Sequence record: MK817115.1
Reading direction: 5' to 3' (one strand)
DNA length: 64,000 nucleotides
Origin: Escherichia phage vB_EcoM_phAPEC6
A model generated the notes under the pieces. The model was not told the DNA's origin. It ran no database searches and saw only the letters and a program-made list of their open reading frames with translations. The position numbers and the translations under genes were made by a program. Shown one piece after another: positions 1 to 11,161 of the stretch. Position 1 is the stretch's first letter; each line of letters starts with the position of its first letter.

Positions 1-1583
<1,583 letters not shown>

Positions 1584-2183
1584 ATGAGTCTTAATTCTTT
1601 TAACCGTAACTATGGTATGTCTAGCGTTGCTCGCGAATGGTGGGGTGGTAATAACGGTTTCGTTACCATCGTAATCGATCTACCAACTGATGTTGAACTA
1701 GGTACTACCAAAGTTACTTCTGACGGTTCTGATGTTCAAGCTGAAGCGTATCAAACTGCTCTAAGTAATGCTCAATATAACCTATTCATGGTTACCCAAC
1801 TACTACAACAACGTGCAGTTCTAGTTACTACCTCTCTACTAGCTCTTGATTCAGAAGTTGTTATTCCTGCTGATTTCAAAAATGCTAATCCAAACGTAGT
1901 TGCGTTCGGCACTAGTGGTGCTGATGTAGCAGGTGGTGCTAATTCTGTTGCATTGACTTTCATCTGTGAACGTCAAGACGTATTTAACAAGCAAGAAGTT
2001 CGTCCTGGTTCAGCATGTCCTGCTCCAGTTGATCCAACTGTTGACCTAGCTAAGTCTATCGCTCAAGCTAAAGTTTTCCGTACCAAAACTTTCGTAAGTC
2101 AAGGTACTGATGGTGTTGGTGATGCAGGTGCATCTACTGCTGTAGCAATTAAAGTACGTGCTGCTCTTCCTGTTCAACTATAA
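1584..2183 (+). CDS. Hypothetical abundant protein, paralog A (probable virion protein)
   Basis: AAGGAG RBS; strongly biased codons (cgt, ggt, act, gtt) like the capsid gene; shares QQRAVLVTTS and FICERQDVFNKQEVRPGS blocks with the next ORF. Confidence 0.6.
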   Translation: MSLNSFNRNYGMSSVAREWWGGNNGFVTIVIDLPTDVELGTTKVTSDGSDVQAEAYQTALSNAQYNLFMVTQLLQQRAVLVTTSLLALDSEVVIPADFKNANPNVVAFGTSGADVAGGANSVALTFICERQDVFNKQEVRPGSACPAPVDPTVDLAKSIAQAKVFRTKTFVSQGTDGVGDAGASTAVAIKVRAALPVQL

Positions 2184-2197
2184 TAGGAGGATAGATT

Positions 2198-2887
2198 ATG
2201 TCATATACTAATACTTCTTTTGAACGTATCAATGGTTATTCCTTTGAACGTATTCTAGGTTACTTTTGTGGCACTAACGCCCTAGCATCCATTGCTATCA
2301 GTAAGCTAGGAGACGTAAACGTTCTAGTTACTGGTGCAGTTTCTTCTTATGCTGGTCTACAACGTTTTCTAAACACTGATATTCCAGAAGAAATTCTAGC
2401 ATATCTAAATGATAAAGGTATCAAACGTATTGATGGAACTGCATTTGTTCTTGGCACACTAGAAGCTGATTACAATGCATCTTATGCAGCACAAACTAAC
2501 GTTAAACGTATTGTCGATGTTGTTCAACAACGTGCGGTTATCATCGCTACCTCTAACATCGCAGGTAATGGTCTTGAAGTATTTCCAGTTACTGGTTTCA
2601 CCAACGCACCTGATGGTGTATTGAGTGCAGGTTCAGTTAGTATTGCTGATGCTTCTGTTGTTACCTTCCTAGTTGAACGTGCGGGTGTCTTTAACAAAGA
2701 TCTTAAATCACCACAAGGTGTACCAAGTACTGAATCCGAAGAAGGCCGTCTACTAATTGATGATCTAACTGGTGTTCCACTACTTGCTAAAGATGGTGTT
2801 ACCGAAGTTTACCTACGTTCCCAATCTGCTGATGCAGCAGGTGATTTCGGTGTTAAACTTTTCCAATACATCCCAGCATTGGTTTAA
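2198..2887 (+). CDS. Hypothetical abundant protein, paralog B
   Basis: GGAGGA RBS; QQRAVIIATS and FLVERAGVFNKDLKSPQG align with paralog A; same codon bias. Confidence 0.6.
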   Translation: MSYTNTSFERINGYSFERILGYFCGTNALASIAISKLGDVNVLVTGAVSSYAGLQRFLNTDIPEEILAYLNDKGIKRIDGTAFVLGTLEADYNASYAAQTNVKRIVDVVQQRAVIIATSNIAGNGLEVFPVTGFTNAPDGVLSAGSVSIADASVVTFLVERAGVFNKDLKSPQGVPSTESEEGRLLIDDLTGVPLLAKDGVTEVYLRSQSADAAGDFGVKLFQYIPALV

Positions 2888-2900
2888 TATTTTTCAAAAG

Positions 2901-2929
2901 AAAAGGAGAGCATTTGCTCTCCTTTTTTT
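2901..2929. terminator. Bidirectional intrinsic terminator (ggagagca-tt-tgctctcc flanked by A-run and T-run)
   Basis: Perfect 8-bp stem, 2-nt loop, T-run 2923-2929 and A-run upstream; sits between convergent genes. Confidence 0.7.
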
Positions 2930-2934
2930 ATATG

Positions 2935-3672
2935 TTATCTATATGAACGAAATCCTTCAGGCAAACCAGGTAGCTTGTCTAATCCTTCGTTCGCACTCAC
3001 CAGCTTTGTGTCGTAATCATCACTGAAATCATCCGTAGCAAGTTTACGCCCCAAGTCTCTCACAAAGTTATCGATAATTTCTTCTTCATCATTTCCTGGA
3101 TGACCTTCAGCTTTCAACTTTTTCCAGAAATATTCATTATAGTCAAATACAAACTCAACTTCATTAGTTTCAGGATCAAGAACAACATCCAAATCAATCC
3201 AAGGTTCTTTACGAAGTGTGTATATTTCCTTAGAATATTCACTTTGTGTGATTTCATCGTAACGATATGCAAATTCAATAGCCTTAAGCCTTTTTTCATC
3301 ACCTTCTGGCATTAACTCAATGATTTCCATATCATATTCTTTTTCTGTAATAACTCCAATACTTAGTTTTGCATCAAGAACTTTAACATCATACTGTTCA
3401 CGAGTAATTTTAGAATATTTTAGTTCAACATCAAGTGCAGCAATTAGATATTCCAAATCTCCAATTACGCTATATTTCTTTTTAATATCCAATTGGGCCA
3501 CTTCAACTTCATATGGAGTTAGATATGTCAATTCAGCAACTTTCATATCAGCTTCATAATCATCATTGTAGTAGTATGCTTTAGCTATCTCTTTTGCCTT
3601 TCCAGAAAGTCCCCAGTGAGCAGGGACCATCCAAAATGGAATAAATTTCTTTTTAGCCATTTTTCTTACCAA
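2935..3672 (-). CDS. Hypothetical protein
   Basis: Complete ORF downstream of GroES-like gene in same operon; start uncertain (ATG 3672 or 3660). Confidence 0.45.
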   Translation of the reverse strand: MVRKMAKKKFIPFWMVPAHWGLSGKAKEIAKAYYYNDDYEADMKVAELTYLTPYEVEVAQLDIKKKYSVIGDLEYLIAALDVELKYSKITREQYDVKVLDAKLSIGVITEKEYDMEIIELMPEGDEKRLKAIEFAYRYDEITQSEYSKEIYTLRKEPWIDLDVVLDPETNEVEFVFDYNEYFWKKLKAEGHPGNDEEEIIDNFVRDLGRKLATDDFSDDYDTKLVSANEGLDKLPGLPEGFRSYR

Positions 3673-3952
3673 AAATCTCTTCGATTTTCATTACATAATA
3701 TGTATCTTCACCGCCACCAAGATCTTCAGTCAGTGGTGTGTTCAAAGATGAACGACCAAACACAACCATATCACCTTCTTTAATATTATGTTCTGCAAGT
3801 TGTCCGTTCGGAAGAATTTTACCTGGACCAACGGAAATTACCATCCCAATACATGGTGGTTCAACATTACCTAGAATAATACCACCAGTACTTTTATTCT
3901 GTGCTTCAATTTGTCGAACAAGAACGTAATCATTAATCATTTTAATTTTCAT
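3653..3952 (-). CDS. GroES/Cpn10-like co-chaperonin
   Basis: NDYVLVRQIEAQNKSTGGIIL and GMVISVGPGKILPNGQ...KEGDMVVF align with E. coli GroES as recalled; ~99 aa; start MKIKMINDY at 3950-3952, coupled to upstream stop (TGA-T-ATG). Confidence 0.7.
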   Translation of the reverse strand: MKIKMINDYVLVRQIEAQNKSTGGIILGNVEPPCIGMVISVGPGKILPNGQLAEHNIKEGDMVVFGRSSLNTPLTEDLGGGEDTYYVMKIEEIFGKKNG

Positions 3953-3953
3953 A

Positions 3954-4160
3954 TCAGTAACCTCCAGTATTTGCAAACCATTTTCCACGGAAATAAAGAT
4001 TAGCACCCTTATCACCTGGAGTGAACACTTCCAACTTCATAGTTTTTTCACCATTACATTTAGGACAATCATGAGGTTCATCACGATTTGCAATTTTAAC
4101 AATTTTTTCCATGCTATGTTTGCATTCTTCTTTTTCACAACGATATGTATATAATGGCAT
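3954..4160 (-). CDS. Small zinc-ribbon protein (FmdB-like CxxxxC...CxxC)
   Basis: MPLYTYRCEKEECKH...HDCPKCNGEK; two Cys pairs. Confidence 0.5.
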   Translation of the reverse strand: MPLYTYRCEKEECKHSMEKIVKIANRDEPHDCPKCNGEKTMKLEVFTPGDKGANLYFRGKWFANTGGY

Positions 4161-4216
4161 TTTGTATTCCTTTACTTTTTAAATCAAACTAATTTGGGGA
4201 ACATAGTGTTCCCCGT

Positions 4217-4224
4217 TATTTATA
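4217..4224 (-). promoter_or_regulatory. T4-type late promoter box TATAAATA (minus strand)
   Basis: Exact tatttata on plus strand, ~57 nt upstream of the zinc-ribbon ATG; would drive zinc-ribbon, GroES-like and 245-aa genes. Confidence 0.4.
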
Positions 4225-4956
4225 TTAGCAGCCTGTTACGTAAAATTTGTATACTGCAATTCCAGTATCTAGTGTTACATTTAGCATACCAGTTTTAGTA
4301 ATACCAAGTGATACTGATTCGGCATTAGATACGCGAGATAATGCTTGAAGTACGCGATCAATATTATAACCAAAACCAAGACCTAATTCACCTTCAGTTT
4401 TAGAAAAAGCTAGAGAACCAACGTGGTTACTTTTGTTTTTCTCACCAACGTGAAAGTATAGGGTGTCGCCTTCAGTATACGGAGTTACAAGAGAACTAAA
4501 AGATTTAAATACACCAGAAAAACTCTTTAGTTCCTGAACTTTTGCTGCACTAGGAATAACCTGTACGTCATATGGTTGTTCATGAAAACGTGGTTGAACT
4601 GGAATAAGTTTTTCAGCTTGTACCATAAATGTAGTGCTTGCATCTTCAGATTTAAATGCCAGACTTTTAACTGAACCATCTTTAACATTTGATGTGATTG
4701 TGGTTCCTTCGGTACTGTATGTTTTTAGAGACATTAGACCCTGAAGAAGACCTAGATTACCTAAGCCAAAACGACCCTGAACTTCAGGAACATCTTCTTT
4801 AGTATATGCTCGCATTACAAGAGTTCGGTCATCTGTGTACGCTTCTAGATATACACGTTGTCCTTCACCACGGTCTTCACTGCTTACTGCAATACAAGAG
4901 AAGTCAATACCACTGGTTGTGTTTACGAGGTCACGTAGTACGTTGCGTAGATCCAT
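4225..4956 (-). CDS. Hypothetical protein (243 aa; possible replication accessory protein, unproven)
   Basis: ATG 4954-4956 with GGAGAA RBS; no diagnostic motif recognised; sliding-clamp idea rests on size and neighbourhood only. Confidence 0.4.
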   Translation of the reverse strand: MDLRNVLRDLVNTTSGIDFSCIAVSSEDRGEGQRVYLEAYTDDRTLVMRAYTKEDVPEVQGRFGLGNLGLLQGLMSLKTYSTEGTTITSNVKDGSVKSLAFKSEDASTTFMVQAEKLIPVQPRFHEQPYDVQVIPSAAKVQELKSFSGVFKSFSSLVTPYTEGDTLYFHVGEKNKSNHVGSLAFSKTEGELGLGFGYNIDRVLQALSRVSNAESVSLGITKTGMLNVTLDTGIAVYKFYVTGC

Positions 4957-5057
4957 TATATAATTCTCCGTTTTATTTGTTAATCAAAAAATGTTTTTAT
5001 GTAAGATTACTACAAGCACCATTATATCTCAAAAATGATGCTTGTCTCAATTTTTTA

Positions 5058-5357
5058 TCAGTATTTTGTATTCCAACGTTGAAGATAAGGCTTATCAATT
5101 GTAGAACTCATGCCAATTTTATCTCGTAATTTTTTCAAGTCTTTTAATGTATGTACATCATCGACAAAAACAACTTTACGCTTTTTCACAAGAGTGTAAA
5201 CATCAGCAATCTCTCCGTCAACTTCCACTGAACCAGTGCGAGTAAAACCCGCACCAATTAGAACTACTTCTTCATCATTATCATATGCTAGTACAGAATT
5301 AATGATACCATTACCTTCTAATACTTCACCAATACGCTTATATATATTACTCATCAT
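5058..5357 (-). CDS. Hypothetical protein (99 aa)
   Basis: Start ATGATG overlaps stop of the upstream small ORF. Confidence 0.45.
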   Translation of the reverse strand: MMSNIYKRIGEVLEGNGIINSVLAYDNDEEVVLIGAGFTRTGSVEVDGEIADVYTLVKKRKVVFVDDVHTLKDLKKLRDKIGMSSTIDKPYLQRWNTKY

Positions 5358-5496
5358 TTTTACCTTGTAATGAAGTCCATTCTACATATTTTTCCCATGC
5401 CTCATTTACACTTTCTTCAGTAAGATTCAACATCTCATTAGTGAAAGTATCGTTTACTTCGTCATAGTTTAGTTCAATTTCATTTACAATAACCAT
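5347..5496 (-). CDS. Small hypothetical protein (49 aa), not in ORF track
   Basis: ATG 5494-5496 with AAGGAG RBS 8 nt upstream; reads MVIVNEIELNYDEVNDTFTNEMLNLTEESVNEAWEKYVEWTSLQGKNDE; stop overlaps next gene start. Confidence 0.45.
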   Translation of the reverse strand: MVIVNEIELNYDEVNDTFTNEMLNLTEESVNEAWEKYVEWTSLQGKNDE

Positions 5497-5507
5497 ATTA
5501 TTACTCC

Positions 5508-8500
5508 TTACCAAGTGAAGAATCCATTGTTTACTGACGCAGTACTTTTTTCATGAATACCAATATCCATATCCAAAATACCAAAAATATTCTCTAATTT
5601 TTTAGTTAGAACAATCTCTTCCATTTTTTCAGTATCAAATGGTAGTTCCAAGAACCATTCTGGAAGATACTCAACACAGTCAATTGGATAACCAACAGCT
5701 TTAATTCCCATAGGATTATCTTTTAAGTTACAGACAATTACTTTTGTTCCATCCGTTACTTCTGGTACAGATTTATCATCATAAACTTCACGTAGACGGT
5801 TCCATTGGATACCAGCAAGAACGTGACCAACTTTACACTTACCAGTTAGCTGATATTCAGCCTCTAAATTAGTGTAGTTTTTTACAGTTTTTGGTGAACC
5901 TTTTTCATGTACAGGCATATCCTTAAATACGTCCTTAAACTCACGTACACGCTGTTTTAGCTGTTGTTCACTCTCACCTACCAGTAATGCGATTAGAGTC
6001 TCTTCTAGGAAGTTCTGGATGTATTTTGGCGTGTCTGAGCGTTTAATTTCAAGACCCATCGCTTTGATTTCACCTGGTTTACCATCAATATCTTTACGGA
6101 ACCCATCTTCCCAGTACTTCAGAATTGCATAACGTTTTTTCTTCAAGAATAGGCCACGCGAACCAACCATCTCAAGGTCTGCACCAACAATCTTACCTTT
6201 TTCAATACCAGTGTTGAACATCTCATGCATAAATGATGGGAAAGATTCACCAACTTCTTCACCAATTTTAATATACATATCAACAATCTCTTCTTTAGAT
6301 AGATTATATGGAATACCTTGTTCTTTCAGATAATGAGTTACACTAAAGTAAACTGAGTCAGTATCACCATAAATTACTGAACCACCTTGGTGGTTATATA
6401 CACCAGTAGTAATTTCATTGATACGACTTGCCATATGTTTGGTCATAGAACGTCCAGTTAATGTTACGGATTGACCTAAACGTTTGTCAAAAAAACGAGA
6501 ACCTTTGTTCAATAGTGCACCATATAGACTGTTTAGAAGAATCTTACGAATCTGTTGGTTCTGTTTCCAGAAAGCACTACGTTGTTTGAAGTAATCTTTT
6601 TCTTCTTTAGGACAGAAAATACGACCATCTTTTAGTACTAATCCGTTTTCTACAATCAACTTAGCAACTTCATCCCACTGTCCTTTACCAATTTCTTTAC
6701 GAAGTAAGTATACAGGATCATTATCATGAATATTAGTTCTAAACATTGTACCAGGGGTATAGTTTGATAGTAGTGGTTCAACTTTTTCATAGCCATTAAA
6801 CTCCCAACCATCAGTATACATATGTTTGTAGTCAATGACCATTTTTTGCTGTGCTTTACGTTCAGAATACCATTGAGTTAGAATGTCAGGAATTACACCA
6901 GACTTAGACTTATCAAAAAGTGTTCCGTTTGCACTAAGTACAATAGTACTATCTTCTGCAAAAATAATATCATATAGCTCTTTGCCCGTTGCTTTAAAAG
7001 AACTCCCATCTTCTAAATCAACAATCAATGTTTCTTCTGACTTTTCATGAACCATTGTAAATTCAACAGCAGCAAATAAACCATGCCATGCCGCAGTCCA
7101 ATCTGGTTCAAATGATTTAGATTTAGATTTGTTCTTCTGTTCTTGGATTTTAGCTGCAAGATACGCATCGGTGTAATCTTGACGTAATTGACCAAGAATA
7201 CATTCAGTACTCATACCCAAAGTACGTAGAACAGTAGGGTAAAGAGAGTTAAAGTCAGTACACCCAAGGTCACTTACAAGTCCTAGTACTGGATCTTGTA
7301 CCCATGCACCTGCTGCTTTTGCACTAATTTTCTCATCTTCATCTTCACCATCTTCACCATAATATTCCATTTCTGGATCAAACTCAAGATCATCTTTCGG
7401 TGCTTTGTTGAAAACAACTTCACCACGAGTATGTGCTAAGTTGATAATAGCAGTGTCGATTAGTGCTACTGAACCCATTGTTGTACTGATAAGTACACAT
7501 TCTTTGTGTGCAAGTCGATTGTGTAGGTTGATATAGTCACATTTAGCATCAATCTTTTTAAGAAGAATACTATCCTGTTTAGAATAACGCAAGAAAGTAA
7601 TGTAATCCTCTCTGTAAAGTTTATCCAATGAACCTTCATAGGATACTTTATTTTCTTTAGTTACTTTTTCAGCAATATAATCTAGTTTATAAGATTGTTC
7701 AACTTGACCAGCATGTTTCTTATACAAAGCCAAATAATCAAGATGGACGCGACCTACCAGATCATATGTTTGAACAGTTTTACCAAAGTTGTCTGCTTCA
7801 CGTGAATTTGGTTTTTTATTCCATAAACACCAACGAGCAGTTGTTGCTTCATTGAAGATTTTTTTAGTTCGATTGATCATATATGGAATATCAAAGAATT
7901 CACTATTCCATCCTGAAATAACATCAGAATCATCAATTAAACTAAAGAATTCCATAAACATTTCCTTTTCGTCTGTATATAAAATTACAGTACTGTTAGG
8001 ATCGTTTGTTTCTTCATTTAGTTGGCGAACAATATCTTGTGCTTCATAAATTTCCATATCAGCAGGTGGTAAAGTAAGTACATAATCCTTTCCAGTCCAT
8101 GATTGATATAGAGAAATAGCGGTTACTCGGTTAAACGGGTCTGATGGTGGAGCATAACCAAATTTCTTATGGAAATCAGTCTCGATATCGAAGAACACGA
8201 TGTTCAAATCGGGTGAACCTTTTCCCATATATTCTTTAGCTAATGTTTTAAATGTAATGTTACAGTCACTTTCAAAAATACGTAGACCTTCACTTTTGTG
8301 TTGCTCTACACTTTTATTCATTTGAGCTTGAGTTTGAAACTCAAAATGTTTAGCCATTGTACCATAAACAGTTTTATGTGTTCCTTGTGGGGATTCAACA
8401 TAATATTCATATACTGGATCTAATTCGCGTAGAATACGTTTACCATTCTTACGTTCAACTACATGAAGAATATCACCAGTACGTTTACGTTCCATATAAG

Positions 8501-8513
8501 CATCGATATACAT
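5508..8513 (-). CDS. Family B DNA polymerase with 3'-5' exonuclease domain
   Basis: FFDIETD (exo I), DFNSLYPT (motif A), YGDTDS (motif C); 1001 aa; AAGGGA RBS. Confidence 0.9.
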   Translation of the reverse strand: MYIDAYMERKRTGDILHVVERKNGKRILRELDPVYEYYVESPQGTHKTVYGTMAKHFEFQTQAQMNKSVEQHKSEGLRIFESDCNITFKTLAKEYMGKGSPDLNIVFFDIETDFHKKFGYAPPSDPFNRVTAISLYQSWTGKDYVLTLPPADMEIYEAQDIVRQLNEETNDPNSTVILYTDEKEMFMEFFSLIDDSDVISGWNSEFFDIPYMINRTKKIFNEATTARWCLWNKKPNSREADNFGKTVQTYDLVGRVHLDYLALYKKHAGQVEQSYKLDYIAEKVTKENKVSYEGSLDKLYREDYITFLRYSKQDSILLKKIDAKCDYINLHNRLAHKECVLISTTMGSVALIDTAIINLAHTRGEVVFNKAPKDDLEFDPEMEYYGEDGEDEDEKISAKAAGAWVQDPVLGLVSDLGCTDFNSLYPTVLRTLGMSTECILGQLRQDYTDAYLAAKIQEQKNKSKSKSFEPDWTAAWHGLFAAVEFTMVHEKSEETLIVDLEDGSSFKATGKELYDIIFAEDSTIVLSANGTLFDKSKSGVIPDILTQWYSERKAQQKMVIDYKHMYTDGWEFNGYEKVEPLLSNYTPGTMFRTNIHDNDPVYLLRKEIGKGQWDEVAKLIVENGLVLKDGRIFCPKEEKDYFKQRSAFWKQNQQIRKILLNSLYGALLNKGSRFFDKRLGQSVTLTGRSMTKHMASRINEITTGVYNHQGGSVIYGDTDSVYFSVTHYLKEQGIPYNLSKEEIVDMYIKIGEEVGESFPSFMHEMFNTGIEKGKIVGADLEMVGSRGLFLKKKRYAILKYWEDGFRKDIDGKPGEIKAMGLEIKRSDTPKYIQNFLEETLIALLVGESEQQLKQRVREFKDVFKDMPVHEKGSPKTVKNYTNLEAEYQLTGKCKVGHVLAGIQWNRLREVYDDKSVPEVTDGTKVIVCNLKDNPMGIKAVGYPIDCVEYLPEWFLELPFDTEKMEEIVLTKKLENIFGILDMDIGIHEKSTASVNNGFFTW

Positions 8514-8542
8514 CGTTTGTATTCCCTTACGTTTATTAAGTT

Positions 8543-8570
8543 AAAAAGAAAGCCTCCGTCATTGGAGGCT
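8543..8570 (-). terminator. Intrinsic terminator (agcctcc-gtcatt-ggaggct then T-run on minus strand)
   Basis: 7-bp stem; minus-strand T-run is the complement of aaaaagaa; lies downstream of the 109-aa ORF. Confidence 0.5.
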
Positions 8571-8592
8571 ATTTAATATATTTTAGTACTAA

Positions 8593-8895
8593 TTAGTAAT
8601 CATCTGCTTGTGGAAGATTATTAGTAACACTAAGAATAGTTTCGATATTATCGAGTTTATTTTGTTTGTCAAAGTAATCACCTTTGTACATACGTTGTGC
8701 AGCTTGTTTGATATCAGATGCATCGATACCAAGTTCATCAGAAACACTAGAAACAAAATCAGATAAGGATGCTTTGGTATCATCAATGAAAGTTAGTTGT
8801 ACAACAATGTTGTTAAGTGCGTCACCGAGACGTTTACGTTGTTCATCGTTTAGATCACGAATTTCAACTTTAACTTCTTTTTTAGATTTAGCCAT
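8593..8895 (-). CDS. Hypothetical protein
   Basis: ORF track 8593..8922; preferred start ATG 8893-8895 (MAKSKKEV) with GGAGAA RBS. Confidence 0.4.
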   Translation of the reverse strand: MAKSKKEVKVEIRDLNDEQRKRLGDALNNIVVQLTFIDDTKASLSDFVSSVSDELGIDASDIKQAAQRMYKGDYFDKQNKLDNIETILSVTNNLPQADDY

Positions 8896-8984
8896 TTTGT
8901 ATTTCTCCATGTGTGTTTTCAAAAAATGTCACCTCACCACAATCGGTGAGATGACTTAATTGTATCACGTCTTTACGTGTTGTC

Positions 8985-9500
8985 TCATTTTTTTTCCGGT
9001 TTAACTGGAAATGAAAATGTTTTCTTGATCATGTCTGCTGGTTTGATTGAATTCAATTGCGTTACATAATCTTTCAATTTTACAAACAATACAGCTTCTT
9101 CATCAGTTGCTAACTCAAGATCCATAGCAGTTTTTAAGTGTCCAAGTTCTTGAATTGCAATGTATTTCAAATTAGATAATTCATTTTTTAGGCGTTCAAT
9201 TTTTTCTTCTTTAGTTTCAATATAGTCATGAATAGTATTTCCATCGTAAACCATACCATAAAGTTTGTTAATATCACCATCATATTCAATTTCAGAAACA
9301 CTAAAACCTAAAGGTACTAGATCATAAATGTTATATGATGCTGAAACAATTAAACCGTTAATATCATACATAAATTTTGCTTTATTAATGTCAAACAATT
9401 CACGAGATTCATACCAATCCATACCTTCATCGGACATCATATACAAAGAATTAGGATTACCACCTTCTTTTTCATACATCTTAAAATTTGTTAGTTGCAT
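8985..9500 (-). CDS. Possible tail-fibre assembly/chaperone protein
   Basis: Directly downstream of a tail-fibre gene; start ATG 9498-9500 with AGGAA RBS that overlaps the fibre stop. Call is positional only. Confidence 0.3.
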   Translation of the reverse strand: MQLTNFKMYEKEGGNPNSLYMMSDEGMDWYESRELFDINKAKFMYDINGLIVSASYNIYDLVPLGFSVSEIEYDGDINKLYGMVYDGNTIHDYIETKEEKIERLKNELSNLKYIAIQELGHLKTAMDLELATDEEAVLFVKLKDYVTQLNSIKPADMIKKTFSFPVKPEKK

Positions 9501-9510
9501 TACACATTCC

Positions 9511-11121
9511 TTATTGTTGACGTACTGTTTCCCAGTTACCATTTATTTGCATTTGAACATAGCGATAACTAATTCGTTCTAAGTGAGTGCCTGAACTACC
9601 ATTAACAGAAATCCATACGCCATCCATAAATGCACCTTCTGGTGTATATGTCCATGAAGAATCAGGTATTTTACTTGTTTCAATACGTGCACTCAAACGA
9701 ATACTTTGTACGTTATTAGTACTAATTTGCAAAGTAACGTTGCCACTAGCATCAGCAGCAGTACCGTTAATTGAACGAACAATATTTTTACCACCAACAG
9801 TAGCTGAGTTGTTAGAAACAGTTAATGATGGAGCAGCTAAAGTACCAGAAGAGTTTACAGTAACTTCTGCTCCACCGGAACGTAATCTCAATGTATTATT
9901 TGAAGAGTTATGATACACTGCCGCACGCTCACCACCGCTTGCGTTACGGAAATATAGAACTAATGATGTATCATTTGACTTAATTGACGCACTGTTTGCA
10001 ATAGTCAATGAACCAGTCATTGTATCACCAGTTTTTAGTACATAACGAGTGTTTGCAACTTTTTCACTCAATGCGACGTTAGATTCAGCAATGTTATATA
10101 GATATGCAACGTTAAAGTGTTCCACATCAATGTTACTAATACCATGATAGTGTGGTTGGTTTCCACCAAGTGTGTTAGTGTTTCCACTAAATGAGTGAAT
10201 GTGGTCTGGTGCTTCGTTAATGTTATTGATTACAGTTGGTATACCGTTATCATTACTTGAAGTTAACGCATTTAGACCACTACGGTCCATACCTTTTAGT
10301 GCTTGACTATGACCATGACGACCAGCAGCCCCTGTGGTCCCACTAAAACTAAATGAGTGTGATGGTAATTGGGCAACACTTAATACTGTGCCGCTAATAT
10401 TACCGCTACTACCAATAACACTATCAGTTTTAGTTACACCTGATGTGGATATCCCTTTTAAGTACGCGTTTTGGTTAAGGTTTGGTACTTGTTTGGTAAT
10501 TGTACCATTTTCCCCCTCCCATTGCCACCACATACCATCAGCAAAACACCAACCGTCAGACGTTTTCCACGGAGCACCTTGTGAACCGTTTCTCCCACTT
10601 TGTCCATTCGATTGTCCTGACATTTGTTCACGTATACTAGCAACAGATTGACCAGAAGTCAATGAATATTGTGTAATAGCACCTGGTTTAAGTGAAGTGT
10701 AAAGACCAGTTGGACCAGAACCACCACTAGAAGCAGTAGGGAATACAATGTTTAAGTTTGTTCCACTAATACTTGCACTAGGAACAGTACTACTACTGTA
10801 TGTTACACTTTCTACTTTTAAATTTAATTTTCTGTTTACTTCATCTAATGAAATTCTAATTGGTTCCAAAATAGTATCAGTATCGTATACTGCAATCCAA
10901 CTTGTACCGTTATGATACTTCAAAACTAATTCGTTTCGATCAAAAACCATTGCACCTTGTTCACCAGTAGGTAACGTTTGTACTGGTATAATAACTGATG
11001 ACGAATTAAAACGAATAGGTCTTGGGTTAGTTGGTGTACCACCAAGCACTATTAGTTCTAAAGATCCATTAGCACCAGTACTGGTCATTGTATCCAATGG
11101 GTTATTAAAACTTATGCTCAT
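9511..11121 (-). CDS. Tail fibre protein
   Basis: Ser/Thr/Asn/Gly-rich; KTGDTMTGSLTI motif, recalled as typical of phage fibres; AAAGGGA RBS. Confidence 0.55.
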   Translation of the reverse strand: MSISFNNPLDTMTSTGANGSLELIVLGGTPTNPRPIRFNSSSVIIPVQTLPTGEQGAMVFDRNELVLKYHNGTSWIAVYDTDTILEPIRISLDEVNRKLNLKVESVTYSSSTVPSASISGTNLNIVFPTASSGGSGPTGLYTSLKPGAITQYSLTSGQSVASIREQMSGQSNGQSGRNGSQGAPWKTSDGWCFADGMWWQWEGENGTITKQVPNLNQNAYLKGISTSGVTKTDSVIGSSGNISGTVLSVAQLPSHSFSFSGTTGAAGRHGHSQALKGMDRSGLNALTSSNDNGIPTVINNINEAPDHIHSFSGNTNTLGGNQPHYHGISNIDVEHFNVAYLYNIAESNVALSEKVANTRYVLKTGDTMTGSLTIANSASIKSNDTSLVLYFRNASGGERAAVYHNSSNNTLRLRSGGAEVTVNSSGTLAAPSLTVSNNSATVGGKNIVRSINGTAADASGNVTLQISTNNVQSIRLSARIETSKIPDSSWTYTPEGAFMDGVWISVNGSSGTHLERISYRYVQMQINGNWETVRQQ

Positions 11122-11161
11122 GTATAAATCCCTTTATGATTAATATATACTATATTTATTC

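Noticed and set aside
1772-1963. 63-aa minus-strand ORF inside paralog A (and similar short ORFs inside other confident genes, e.g. 21629..22129, 23940..24140, 35424..35726)
   Set aside because: Fully contained in or overlapping well-supported genes, without ribosome-binding sites.
4225-4956. Sliding-clamp (gp45-like) assignment for the 243-aa ORF
   Set aside because: Only size fits. Gene order differs from T4, where the clamp gene lies upstream of the polymerase, and no motif was recognised, so it is left as hypothetical.
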